IMG/VR virus record: IMGVR_UViG_3300005440_000008
Coordinates: 1 to 64,000 of that record
DNA from: a virus
Taxonomy: Duplodnaviria; Caudoviricetes
Strand: one strand, 5' to 3'
Length of the DNA stretch: 64,000 nt
Positions 45,904 through 55,818 of this stretch are shown here, piece after piece. The position numbers and the translations under genes were made by a program. Within the stretch, counting starts at the first letter, position 1. Each line of letters begins with the position of its first letter. Below the pieces are notes generated by a model that saw only the letters and a program-made list of their open reading frames with translations, was not told the origin of the DNA and made no database searches.

Positions 45904-48900
45904 CAGAGCCGCGGGTCTCCCGCCGTGAAGCTCCGGCGGTTCCGACGCCGCAAGATCTCGTCAAACTCGCGCGCGACCTGCTCGGCGAGCCCCCGCGGAT
46001 CCTTCGCGTCGCCCTGGATGGTGATGTTCACGGTGATCGCGGTCCCGCTGCCGTCGCGCCCCTCGTTCCACGCCATCAGGTCGTCATAGTGAAGCGCGGC
46101 CGCGCGGCGGTTCATGACGATCTCGCCGCCCTCCGCGAGGACAGGCACCTCGCCGCTCCCCCGGACGAGACCACCCTCGTGATACAGGCCGAGCCCGCTC
46201 GTCATGTCCGTCAGCCCGGGCGCGACGCGGAAGAGGTCCTCCGTCGAGATCCCGTGCGCGCTCATGTACGCCTGGGCGAAGCCCGGCATGCCGATCCGCA
46301 TGAGCGCCCCGATGTCCCCCTGCCGGACGATGTAGTCGACGAGCTGCTTGCGCCCGTAGACGTCCTCGGCCATGAACTCGGCGAGCCGGGCCTGGAGGTC
46401 CCCTGCCCGCGCCGTGCCGTAACCCTGCGCCATCGCGTCGAGCGCGGCCTGGGTCGTGCCGGCCGGGAGGGCGATCTGGGGGAGCGCGCTCCCGATCACG
46501 GCGGCGTCCGAGCTCGCGAAGCCCGGGTTCATCGCGCCGAACAAGCCGAGCGCGGACCGCTCGAGGTTGCCCGGCCCGATCAGGTCGTAGAGCCCCGAAT
46601 GCGAGCTGACCCAGTCGAGCGGGTCGAAGCCGGCCGGCAGCCCCGCGTACTGCTGGAGCTGGCGCACGAGCCCGAGGAAGTCCTCGTTCGTCCCCGCGGG
46701 CTGCGCGGGCAGCATCACGCCGCGCGCCGCGAGCGCGTCCGCGACCCGCATGTAGCCGAAGACGGAGGCGACCTGGAGCGGGGCGATCTGCTGCTGCAGC
46801 GTGGCGATCACCTCCGGACCCAGCTCCTTGATCTGTGACGCGGCGCCGCCCGTCCCGCCCGTGCTCAAGAGGTTACTGATCGGGCTAATGGTCGCGATGC
46901 CCGCCTGCATGATCGGGAACGCGGCCTGGAGCGCGCGGAGCTGCGCGTCCGGGGCCATCGCGTTGATCTCGCCGAGCCCCGCCGTGACGGCCGCGGCCAG
47001 CTGGAGCTTCGGAAGCGCCTCGTCGAAGGCGCGCCGGATCTCGGCGCTCTCCTGGGTCTGGTTGATGACGCGCTCTTGCTCTTTGTGCAGCATGTTCATG
47101 AACGCGATCGCGCCCACGGCGGCGATGGGGGCGAGGGTGATCCCCACGCCGCTGATCACCCCACCCGCCGCGGCGAGGCCCGTCGCCGGGACGAACCCGG
47201 CCGCGCCCGCCGTGCCGACCGCCGCGGTGCCGCCGAGGAGGCCCGTCGAGAGCAGCGCTCCGGTTCCCGCCGCGGCGCCGAGGGTGCCGAAGGCGATCTG
47301 GCCCGCCCCGATCGCCCCGCCGGTCTGGATGCCCTGGTAGATGCCGTAGAGCCCGGCCAGCGCCCCGGCGGCGCCCCCCACGGCGGTCAGGGCGGTCCCC
47401 GCGCCCCCGGCGAAGCCGAGTGACGAGAGTCCCGATGACGTCTGCTCCGGGAACGTCGACGCGAGGGACGAGATCCCGCGGATTGCCTGAAGCGTCCCGA
47501 GCCCGATCCCGGCCGGGTTCCCGGACTGGCTCCCCTGGTAGATCCCCGCGAGGCCACCCCCGACATTCGCCGCGCCCGCCGCGCCGCTGAACAGACCGCC
47601 CGCGCTGTCGAGCATCCTCGACGAGGTCACGGTATCGTTGAGCCCAATCCAAGGCCCCGCCCCCGTTGGGACGTCGCCGCCGAAGACGCCTCCGTAGGTC
47701 GGATCTGCCCCCGCGCTCAGTGGCATTGCAACCGTGGTCATCCCGCTGTAATCGATGCCGGCGCCAACAGACCCGAAATCGAAATTCCCAAAGTCAAACC
47801 CGCTCGTATCGAGCGACGTGCCGCCGAGCGTCGCGCCACCCCAATCGAAGCCGCCGGTCGTCCCGCTGAAGTTCCCCGCGGCGTCGAAGATGCCCGGGGC
47901 GCCCGTATTACCCCCGACAATCGTCCCGCCCGCGGACGTATTTGGCGTCACAAACGCTCCAGAGCCGTTAGAACCGCCGCCAAATACCTTGAGGACCCCA
48001 CCGAGAAGTCCTCCGGCTCCACCGATCGTCGAGCCGTCGACGCTGAATCCGCCGCCGCTCCCGCCGGTGCCGCCGATGGTGATCCCGCCGCCCCCGCTTG
48101 AGCCGAACAGCACGTTGGACAGGAAGCCCAGGAAAGCCTTCACCGCGGCCGACGCCAGGAAGTCCGTGATCGTCCGCAGCATCGACTGGCCGAGCTGCTT
48201 GAAGACGTCCATCAGGCTCTTCGTCTCGCCGGTGATCACGTTGAAGAAGAGGTCGGACAGCGAGCGCGTCATGGACGAGGCAATGCCCCGGAGCATCCGG
48301 TCGATCCCTTCCCAGACCGTGTCCATCTCCGCGCCGATCAGGCGCACCGTGCCGATCACGAAGCCGGCGTAGTCGCCGACGAACTGGGCCCGCTGCTGAT
48401 AGGTCGCCGCCTCCTGGATGGCGAGCGCCTTCTGCATCCCGTTCAGCGCCCGGAGCGCGTTCAGCTCGCGGTCGCGCTGCCGCAGGATCGCGTCTGCCGT
48501 CTTGGCGGCGATCTCGATCTCGCGGATGCTCGCGTCCTCGAACCCCTTCAGACGCTCCGCCGCGATCGCGGCGGCATTGTCCATGTCCTGCTCGCGCAGC
48601 GCCTGCAGCTTCTGGATGGTGCCGGCCTCGATGGCCAGGCGCTTGCGCTCCGTGTCGTCCCAACCCTTCAGCTTGGCGAGGTTCGCGTCGACGGTGACCT
48701 GGACCTCGGCCTGCCGGGCGGACTCCTCGGCCGCGAAGCGCTTGCCGGTGAGCCGCTGGATCGCGGCGTCGTACTCCTCCTGCGAGAGGCGCCGGCGTGA
48801 GAGCGAGTCGTCCAGGAACCGCTGAAGCGCGTCGTAGTTCTTCTTGGTTCGCTCCTCCTCGGACTCCCAGAAGGGCCGCGACAGGTCCCGGACCTGAACG

Positions 48901-51875
48901 TAGTAGAGCGCCCACAAGGCGGCGTCGGCCTCGAGCGCCTGGGTCAGCGTGATGTTCCCGTCCTCGAGGTCCTTGGCGAAGCCGGCTGCGGCTTGGTCCC
49001 GCTTCTGCTGGAGGGCATCAAGCGCCGTCGTGATGTCCGGCTGCCCGATCGCCGCCGCGTCCCGGCGGAGGGTCGTGATGCCGTCCGTGACGCGCTGCTG
49101 GGCCTCGAGGCTCTTCGCGCCCCACTCCGCGACCATGGCGAGGGACTGCTTGAACATCGCCAGGTCGAGGTCCCCCCACTTGGCCGTCAGCGCCTCGCGG
49201 CCCATGAGGATCTGGTGGTTGGCGGTCTCGTGCTCCTTGGTCACCTTGGCGCGCATCTCGATCTCGTCCTTGCCTGCCTTGGAGGCGAGGAAGAGCCCGC
49301 GGCCGTAGGCCTTGTCCGCGATGCGCTGGCGCTCGTCAAACAGCGTCGCCTCGTTCGCGAGGAGCGCCATGTCGCGGGTCTGGTCGCTCAGGATCTCCGC
49401 CTTGGCCGCGCGCTCGAACTGCACCCGGAGGAGATCGACGCGATTGGTGGCCAGGCGCGTCGAGCGCTCGAGCGCCGCCTCCTCGCGCTTCATCTGGGCC
49501 TCGGAGAACACGATGAGGTCGGTCTGTCGCGCGCCGAGCTGTCGCTTGAACGTCTCGTTGTCGAGCCCCTGCTGCTTGGCCATCTCGTCGCCGAGCGCGC
49601 GCTGCTGCGCGACCGCCTGCTCGCCCGTGGCCTTCTGGGTCGCGAGCGCCTGACGCCCCCGCTCGCGCAGGTAGTCGATGAGATCGAGCGGGACGACGAA
49701 GCCCAGGAGGAAGCGGGCCACCTTGGGGCCCGTGGTCTTGGCTTCCTCGAGGAGCCAGCTGAAGAGGCTCGTGATCTTTTCCTTGAAGAGGTCCTGGAGC
49801 TCGGCGGGGACCAGGCCCAAGAGGGCGCTGCCGAGGTCCATGGCGCCGGCCTTCACGGCCGCCCAGACCTGGCCGGCCACGGATCGAATCGACTGGAGCG
49901 CCGTCGTTGCCGACCCCGCGATGGCGGCCCACGCATCGCCGCCCACCGCCTTCAGACCTTCCCAGACCTCGAGCACGGTCTGCTTGAACGCCACAAAGGC
50001 CTTGGCGCCGGCCTCCGTGCGCGTGATGAGGAGGTAGAGGGCGGCCCCCGTCGCTGCCAGGCCGGCCACGAACAGAAGGATCGGGCCAGCCCCGATCGCG
50101 GCTAGCGTGGCGCCGAGCGCCTTCAGGAGCCCGCCCACGAGGCCCAGGCCCGGGATCCAGGCGCCGATCGCCCGGCTCCCGGTCAGGAAGGCCTCGACGA
50201 GCACCAGGACGGCCCGGGACCCCACGAGCTTGGCCAGGACGTCGGCGAGCCCCGTGAAGCCCGCCATGGCGCGGAAGACCAGGCCGGACAGCAGCGTGAG
50301 GCCGCCACCGATGGCGAGGAAGGACCCGGCGGCGGCCACCGCCACACCCCCGATGTCGAGCGCCAGCGGGAACTGCCGGGCCGTGTTCACGAAGGTCTGC
50401 ATCGCGCTGATCGCGATCTTCATGGGGCCCAGGAACATGGTGCCGATCGTGATGCCCACGTCGGTGAGGCCGGCGAGGAGGATCTTGAACTGCTGCGCCG
50501 TCGTCGCGATGCGCTTGTTGAACTCCTCCGTCGTGGCCCCCCCGGTCCGGAACTGCGCCATGGCGAGCTGGGTCTGCTCCCGCAGCAGGCCGATGTCCTT
50601 GTTGAGCACGCCGGTCGCGTTCGCGGACGAGAGGAACGCGCGGCCCATGCGGGCGCCGTCGAGCCCCATGGCGTCGAGGATCACGGATGCCTGCTTGCCG
50701 CTCTTGCCCAGGCCCTCCACGAAGAGGATGAAGGCCTCGAGCGGGTCGGTGCTGAACAGGTGCTTGAAGTCCTCCGCCGTCTTGACGGCCTGGCTTCCGG
50801 TGAGCGCGGCCGTCTTCGCGAACACGTTCAGCATGCCGCTGCCGGACTGCACCGCCTGGTGCATCTGCAGGAACATTTCCTGGACGGCGGTGCCGCCGGC
50901 CTCCGCCTGGATGCCCGTCGACGCGAACGCGGAGGAGAGCCCCATCAGCTGTGCCGACGTCAGGCCGATGACGCCGCCCGCGCCGGCGATGCGCTTCGTG
51001 AACTCGAGGATCTGGCCCTCGTTCGTCTTGGACTTGTTGCCGAGCTCGACGAGGACGTCGCCCATCCGGTCGATGCTCTTGATGGGCTCGTTCAGGATGC
51101 CGGCGATCTGGGCGAAGCCGGTGGCGATCTCCTCGGTCGTGAGTCCGGTGGCCACGCCCACCTTGGCCACGGTCTCGGCGAACTTCGTGAGGTCCTCGAC
51201 ACCGCGCACGCCGAGCTGGCCGCCAATCTGCCCGATGCGGGCGAACTCGGTGGCCGCGATGCCGGTCTCCGTGGCCAGGCGACGGAAGCTCGTCGCGAGC
51301 TGCCCGAAGGCCTCCTCCGATTGCTGGGCCGAGAGGCCGGCGAACTCGACGGTCTTCCGGACGCCGGCGAACGCCTCCTCGAACTTGATCACGTCCCGGA
51401 TGGCCAGCACGATGCCGCCGGTCAGGGCGGCGCCGACCGCGCCCACCGCGATCCCCACGGCCGTGAGCGACCGCCCGATCTGATACCACCGGCTGCTGAA
51501 CTGCTCCGCCGCGGCCCCCGCCGCCGTGAGGGCCCCCACCCAGCGCTGCTGGAGGAGGGTCGCCTGCTCGCGGATCACCTCCTGCATTGGCCGGGCGGCC
51601 GACATGAACATCCCGATGCTCGACGCGTAGCCGCGCGCGCCGGCGACCATGCTCAGCGCGAGCTCCTGGTTCCGGCGCGTGAGCGCCTCGAAGCCCTCGG
51701 CGCCGCCGGCACGCTGGAACTGCGCGAGCGCCTGCCCGTAGCCGCTCGCGGCCTGCGTGTAGAGCTGCTGCACCTGGCCGAGCGACTGCTGGGTCAGGGC
51801 CTTCATGCGGCCCATGGCCTGCTCGTAGGGCGTGAGGTCCGCGCCGATGCGGACGTTCATCTCCCGGTCGGCCAT
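45903..51875 (-). CDS. Tail tape measure protein (TP901-like core)
   Basis: 1990 aa; FEEAFAGVRKTV, AEAGGTA, helical/hydrophobic stretches, YHEGGLV...GGEIVM near the C-terminus. Confidence 0.95.
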   Translation of the reverse strand: MADREMNVRIGADLTPYEQAMGRMKALTQQSLGQVQQLYTQAASGYGQALAQFQRAGGAEGFEALTRRNQELALSMVAGARGYASSIGMFMSAARPMQEVIREQATLLQQRWVGALTAAGAAAEQFSSRWYQIGRSLTAVGIAVGAVGAALTGGIVLAIRDVIKFEEAFAGVRKTVEFAGLSAQQSEEAFGQLATSFRRLATETGIAATEFARIGQIGGQLGVRGVEDLTKFAETVAKVGVATGLTTEEIATGFAQIAGILNEPIKSIDRMGDVLVELGNKSKTNEGQILEFTKRIAGAGGVIGLTSAQLMGLSSAFASTGIQAEAGGTAVQEMFLQMHQAVQSGSGMLNVFAKTAALTGSQAVKTAEDFKHLFSTDPLEAFILFVEGLGKSGKQASVILDAMGLDGARMGRAFLSSANATGVLNKDIGLLREQTQLAMAQFRTGGATTEEFNKRIATTAQQFKILLAGLTDVGITIGTMFLGPMKIAISAMQTFVNTARQFPLALDIGGVAVAAAGSFLAIGGGLTLLSGLVFRAMAGFTGLADVLAKLVGSRAVLVLVEAFLTGSRAIGAWIPGLGLVGGLLKALGATLAAIGAGPILLFVAGLAATGAALYLLITRTEAGAKAFVAFKQTVLEVWEGLKAVGGDAWAAIAGSATTALQSIRSVAGQVWAAVKAGAMDLGSALLGLVPAELQDLFKEKITSLFSWLLEEAKTTGPKVARFLLGFVVPLDLIDYLRERGRQALATQKATGEQAVAQQRALGDEMAKQQGLDNETFKRQLGARQTDLIVFSEAQMKREEAALERSTRLATNRVDLLRVQFERAAKAEILSDQTRDMALLANEATLFDERQRIADKAYGRGLFLASKAGKDEIEMRAKVTKEHETANHQILMGREALTAKWGDLDLAMFKQSLAMVAEWGAKSLEAQQRVTDGITTLRRDAAAIGQPDITTALDALQQKRDQAAAGFAKDLEDGNITLTQALEADAALWALYYVQVRDLSRPFWESEEERTKKNYDALQRFLDDSLSRRRLSQEEYDAAIQRLTGKRFAAEESARQAEVQVTVDANLAKLKGWDDTERKRLAIEAGTIQKLQALREQDMDNAAAIAAERLKGFEDASIREIEIAAKTADAILRQRDRELNALRALNGMQKALAIQEAATYQQRAQFVGDYAGFVIGTVRLIGAEMDTVWEGIDRMLRGIASSMTRSLSDLFFNVITGETKSLMDVFKQLGQSMLRTITDFLASAAVKAFLGFLSNVLFGSSGGGGITIGGTGGSGGGFSVDGSTIGGAGGLLGGVLKVFGGGSNGSGAFVTPNTSAGGTIVGGNTGAPGIFDAAGNFSGTTGGFDWGGATLGGTSLDTSGFDFGNFDFGSVGAGIDYSGMTTVAMPLSAGADPTYGGVFGGDVPTGAGPWIGLNDTVTSSRMLDSAGGLFSGAAGAANVGGGLAGIYQGSQSGNPAGIGLGTLQAIRGISSLASTFPEQTSSGLSSLGFAGGAGTALTAVGGAAGALAGLYGIYQGIQTGGAIGAGQIAFGTLGAAAGTGALLSTGLLGGTAAVGTAGAAGFVPATGLAAAGGVISGVGITLAPIAAVGAIAFMNMLHKEQERVINQTQESAEIRRAFDEALPKLQLAAAVTAGLGEINAMAPDAQLRALQAAFPIMQAGIATISPISNLLSTGGTGGAASQIKELGPEVIATLQQQIAPLQVASVFGYMRVADALAARGVMLPAQPAGTNEDFLGLVRQLQQYAGLPAGFDPLDWVSSHSGLYDLIGPGNLERSALGLFGAMNPGFASSDAAVIGSALPQIALPAGTTQAALDAMAQGYGTARAGDLQARLAEFMAEDVYGRKQLVDYIVRQGDIGALMRIGMPGFAQAYMSAHGISTEDLFRVAPGLTDMTSGLGLYHEGGLVRGSGEVPVLAEGGEIVMNRRAAALHYDDLMAWNEGRDGSGTAITVNITIQGDAKDPRGLAEQVAREFDEILRRRNRRSFTAGDPRL

Positions 51876-52447
51876 CAGGCCACTCCGCGGCGCTGGCGGA
51901 TCTGCGCCTCGAGCGCGCCGCGCATCTCGACGAGCGAGACCGAGACCATGCCGGCGGGCGCCTGCCGCGAGCTGCCGGCCTCGAGGTACACCATGTAGGC
52001 CACGTTGGTGCCGACAACCGCCTGGAACGGCCCCGGCGGCGTGATCGTTCGGAGCATCCCGTCGAAGCTCTGCCCGTGACTATCGGTGTACGTGTAGCTA
52101 TCCGGCTGACCCGGCAGGACCACGTGCCAGGAGTTCCGGGCCCGCCCGGTGTCCACGGGCGTCCGCATCTGGATCCGTGCGAGCAGCTCGAGGCTGACCG
52201 TGACCACCGCGTCCTGCACGTCGCGCCCGAGGGCCTCGGCCCACCGGGCGAGCGTCTCGTTCAGCCCGTCGATATTGACCTCGACCCAGATCAGGCCGGA
52301 GGTGGACCGGGCGATGGCGGCGCCGGACCAGAGTCGAGCGGGCGCGCCGACCTTGATCCCGGGCACGGTCGCGAACGGGCGCGCGGCGGAGACGAAGCGC
52401 CCGCTGAAGGGCGATCGGCCCGCCGGCATCGACACGAGCGCGGGCAT
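51875..52447 (-). CDS. HK97 gp10 family morphogenesis protein
   Basis: RTPVDTGRARNSW, NVAYMVYLEAGSSRQAPAGM. Confidence 0.88.
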   Translation of the reverse strand: MPALVSMPAGRSPFSGRFVSAARPFATVPGIKVGAPARLWSGAAIARSTSGLIWVEVNIDGLNETLARWAEALGRDVQDAVVTVSLELLARIQMRTPVDTGRARNSWHVVLPGQPDSYTYTDSHGQSFDGMLRTITPPGPFQAVVGTNVAYMVYLEAGSSRQAPAGMVSVSLVEMRGALEAQIRQRRGVA

Positions 52448-52449
52448 GG

Positions 52450-52750
52450 TCAGCGGCGCCCCGCGGCCGCGCGCGCCTCGAACTCCTGCTGCTGCCGCCG
52501 GAGATTCGCGCGTGTCAGCCGCCACCGGTAGAACGCGTCCATCTCTCTCCTGACGTCGGGCGGGACCAGCTGCGCCAGGGCGAATCCCTGGCGCGTGCCG
52601 TCCGCCGTGACGAGCTCGAGGCGCACCGTCCGGCCCTCCACCCAGTGGGGCGGCAGGCCCCACGCGAGGCACATCTCGAGAAAGAGGAACCGCTCGGTGA
52701 GGGTATCGGTTACTTCGCCCGACTCGATCCCGAGGGCGGAGTCAAAAAAC
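52450..52750 (-). CDS. Tail assembly chaperone GT extension (-1 frameshift product)
   Basis: The -1 frame is open from the slippery site T TTT TTG (52743-52749) to 52450. Confidence 0.75.
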
Positions 52751-53276
52751 GCTCCCGCTCCTCCTCACTCCAGGCCGTGAGCTCCATGATCGTCTTCGCG
52801 AGCTCGGCGAAGTGGAGGCCCGACAGCCCGTTGGTCTCGAGCGCCGCGTAGAGCTCCTCGGAGGTGGTGGCGGGGCTGCCGTCGGGCTGCTGCAGCTTCG
52901 ACGCCACGCCCCGCCCGACAACCTCGCGACGGAAGTCGAGCTGGTGCCGCTCCTCCTTCTCGAGGTAGTCGGGATCGCTGTAGTCGGGCATGATCACCCG
53001 CTGCCGTCCCTGCCCCTGGAGATTGAGGCGCCGGCCCTCGTCGCTGGTCGCGTCGATCATCAGGGTCTTGGCCGGCGGCCGCGGGGCCCGCCGGTTCAGC
53101 GTGTCGATCAGCTCCTGCGGGACCGAGACAACCTTGACCCGGATCGCGATCGTCTCGTCGCCCTGCTGGACCTTCAGATAGCAGTAGCCCCACGCGTCCA
53201 GCGCCTTGGTCGGGCCGCCCGGGAGGCTTGCGACCTCCTCGATGTCCACGATCCGCACGTTTCGTTCGCTGCTCAT
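52710..53276 (-). CDS. Tail assembly chaperone (gpG-like)
   Basis: Between tail tube and tape measure; slippery site near the 3' end. Confidence 0.78.
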   Translation of the reverse strand: MSSERNVRIVDIEEVASLPGGPTKALDAWGYCYLKVQQGDETIAIRVKVVSVPQELIDTLNRRAPRPPAKTLMIDATSDEGRRLNLQGQGRQRVIMPDYSDPDYLEKEERHQLDFRREVVGRGVASKLQQPDGSPATTSEELYAALETNGLSGLHFAELAKTIMELTAWSEEERERFLTPPSGSSRAK

Positions 53277-53450
53277 CCGTCCGCTCCTGATATTCCCGGG
53301 GAGCGCCGACCGGAGACCGGCAGCGACGCCCTCAGTACGCCGTCACCAGCCCCCAACCGACACTCCCCGAGCTGAGGTGTGCATCCCTGTGGTGCGGTCC
53401 AGGCGCGACGGACTGAGGCCGCAACGCGCCCGCGATCTGCTGCGCCGGCG

Positions 53451-54062
53451 TTAACTCTCGACGCCGGCGGTGAAGGCCGTGATGGGCGTGATGGATCCGT
53501 AGATCTCCCCGTTCAGGGCGACCATGACGCTGTCCACACCCTCCGTGAGCTGCTGGTTGGGCGGGAAGTAGACCTCGTTCCAGCGGATCCCCTTGTCCTG
53601 CGTGTTCTGCGGGTCCTCCCACAGGAGCTCGACGTTCACGCAGTGCTTCTCCGAGTCGGAGAACGCGGGCGTGGTGAAGAGCACCTGGCCGAGCGGATCG
53701 TTGTTCTGGAGCTGGGTGGTGCCCTTCGATGAGATCCACGCCCGCCCACCGATGTTCTTGGTCGCGGCCCCCCGCGGGGCTCGGATGATGGTCAGGATCT
53801 TCGAGAAGTTGGGCTCGGTGTTCATGAGCCGGAAGTTGCAGGTGAGGGACTCAGGATTCATCAGCGGGTCGTCCGGCGGCGACACGTAGTGGGCCGTCTC
53901 CGTCGCCCGCCCCCGGTCGAGGACGAGCACCTCGGGCGGCCGCGCGCGATCGACGGGCGCGACCACCGGCCCCCGGAACGGGACCTCGAAGAAGTAGGGC
54001 GTCGGGTTGCCCGAGTAGAACCGGAGCCGGCCGACCTTGATGTAGAAGCTCGATGGGGGCAT
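53451..54062 (-). CDS. Putative major tail tube protein
   Basis: Position, size and strong AGAGGAGG RBS. Confidence 0.7.
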   Translation of the reverse strand: MPPSSFYIKVGRLRFYSGNPTPYFFEVPFRGPVVAPVDRARPPEVLVLDRGRATETAHYVSPPDDPLMNPESLTCNFRLMNTEPNFSKILTIIRAPRGAATKNIGGRAWISSKGTTQLQNNDPLGQVLFTTPAFSDSEKHCVNVELLWEDPQNTQDKGIRWNEVYFPPNQQLTEGVDSVMVALNGEIYGSITPITAFTAGVES

Positions 54063-54112
54063 GGCGCACCTCCTCTAGTGGTCCGTGAGAAGTGAATGGC
54101 CTGCGTGGGGGT

Positions 54113-54631
54113 TCATCGACTCACCACCCACGTCTCCGCCCAGCGCAGGGCGAACGCTAAGTTGTGCTGCAGCACGTCCGGCCGATCCGGTGCCGCGACC
54201 GGCTGGTCCGCGAGGATCTCGTCTACGAATAGGTAGCCGATCGTCTCCGCCTCGCCGGCGTGGTCCTTCACGGCGATGCGCGTGCCGGGCATGAGCGGCG
54301 CGGCCGCCAGGTCCCGAATGGTCCAGAGGCGCAGATTGTTGGGCGGGCTCATCTTCGCGGGCCGGACGAAGCAGTTGACGTTCAGGAGCCAGAACATCTC
54401 GCCGCCGCGCGCGTCGGGATCCTGCTCCCCGCCGCGGCCGGCATACGGCCCGGCGAGCACGGCGGGCCGCACGGGCTCGAGGGCCCGGATCTGGAGCCAC
54501 TCCGTAAGATCGCCGTCCTGGAACGGGATCCCGCCGCCGAAGTCGAGGCTGAACGCCGCAAGCTCGGCAGTAAGGTAGACCTGGAGCGAGCCCACCACGT
54601 TGGCCGTCTTCGCCGATTCGTGGAGCGGCAT
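54113..54631 (-). CDS. Putative tail terminator/completion protein
   Basis: Position upstream of the tail tube; EWLQIR...LLNVNCFVR. Confidence 0.6.
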   Translation of the reverse strand: MPLHESAKTANVVGSLQVYLTAELAAFSLDFGGGIPFQDGDLTEWLQIRALEPVRPAVLAGPYAGRGGEQDPDARGGEMFWLLNVNCFVRPAKMSPPNNLRLWTIRDLAAAPLMPGTRIAVKDHAGEAETIGYLFVDEILADQPVAAPDRPDVLQHNLAFALRWAETWVVSR

Positions 54632-54912
54632 CAGTTCGCGTCCTCGCGAACTTCCACGGTCACGTCGAGCTCGAGGATGTCGCCCTGCGCCGTGTTCACT
54701 CGGCACGAGACGAGGTAGTCCGTGCCGGCGGCGCCGCTGCTGATCTGGGCGCTCACCAGATTGCCCACGAGCGTCCCGGCGCTGATCGTGAGCCCGGTGG
54801 CGGCCGCCACGCTGGCGATTGTCGTCACGGAGTCGCCCGAGGCGAGTTTCTCCGTGAAGTCGAACGTGAGCGTCCGCTTCTCGGTCGGCTGCTTGCGCCG
54901 GGCTGGGATCAT
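54631..54912 (-). CDS. Phage fibre-tail adaptor-like small protein
   Basis: KQPTEKRTLTFDF..L..GD....SG.AGTDY.VSCRVNT pattern. Confidence 0.7.
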   Translation of the reverse strand: MIPARRKQPTEKRTLTFDFTEKLASGDSVTTIASVAAATGLTISAGTLVGNLVSAQISSGAAGTDYLVSCRVNTAQGDILELDVTVEVREDAN

Positions 54913-54915
54913 CGC

Positions 54916-55815
54916 TCATGGCCTCCGGTCGCCCGGCCACCGGCGTCCCGTCACCCGGAACCAGGTGGTGCCCATGACGCTTCGCCACGCTCGGCCGCGG
55001 ATCCACTCGACGACGGGCGCCGGCAGAAGGGCGCCGGCTAGCTCGAGGCCGAGGGCGCCTGCGGAGCCGATCGTGCCGGCGAACCGGAGGAGCGCCACCC
55101 GGAGGAGCGTCCCCGCGGGCACCACTGTGCCGCTGAGCGCCTTGTGAACGACGCGCACGAGCGTCCCGGTCAGCACGATGGTCCCGGCCGCATTCACGAC
55201 CCGCGTGGTCAAGGTCGTGAGCGCGCCCGCGAGGCTGACGGTGCCGGCCGGCCGGAGCTGGGGCACCTTGGCCACGCTGCCGCTCGAGGCGACCGTGCCG
55301 GCCATGGACCGGTTCACCTGGTTCGCGTCGCTGCCCGCCACGCCGACCGTGCCCCCGAGCCCCTTGTTCGCCTGCTTCACGAGCGTGCCCGTGGGCGCGA
55401 TCGTGCCGCCGAAGAGCGTCGTGAGGAGGGTGCGGAGGCTGCCCGCGATCGCCACGCTGCCGCCGTGGAGGAGCTGCGGAACCCGCGTGAGGGCACCGGC
55501 CACCGGGACCGTGCCGGCGAGCGACGTGTTGACCTGGCTCGACTCGGAGCCGCTCGAGGCGACCGTGCCGCTGAGGCCCTTGTTCACCTGTCGAATCAGC
55601 GCGCCACTCGGGGCGACGCTGCCGGCCTGGCTCAGGTTGGGACGACGGATCAGGGCGCCGGCGATCGCCACCACGCCGGCGTAGGTCGTCTGGGCCTGCT
55701 TGGTCAGGATGCCGGCCACCGTGATCGTGCCGCCGACGTCGAGCGTATAGACGGTCGCCCCGCCCAGCGCGGCGCCGGGGATGCCCATGACCGTCAGCCT
55801 GGTGATGTCCGCCAT
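54916..55815 (-). CDS. Virion protein with ~18-aa beta repeats
   Basis: Recurrent L.GTV..SG.L.(R/K); 22-bp direct repeats at 55279 and 55549. Confidence 0.75.
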   Translation of the reverse strand: MADITRLTVMGIPGAALGGATVYTLDVGGTITVAGILTKQAQTTYAGVVAIAGALIRRPNLSQAGSVAPSGALIRQVNKGLSGTVASSGSESSQVNTSLAGTVPVAGALTRVPQLLHGGSVAIAGSLRTLLTTLFGGTIAPTGTLVKQANKGLGGTVGVAGSDANQVNRSMAGTVASSGSVAKVPQLRPAGTVSLAGALTTLTTRVVNAAGTIVLTGTLVRVVHKALSGTVVPAGTLLRVALLRFAGTIGSAGALGLELAGALLPAPVVEWIRGRAWRSVMGTTWFRVTGRRWPGDRRP

Positions 55816-55818
55816 GCG

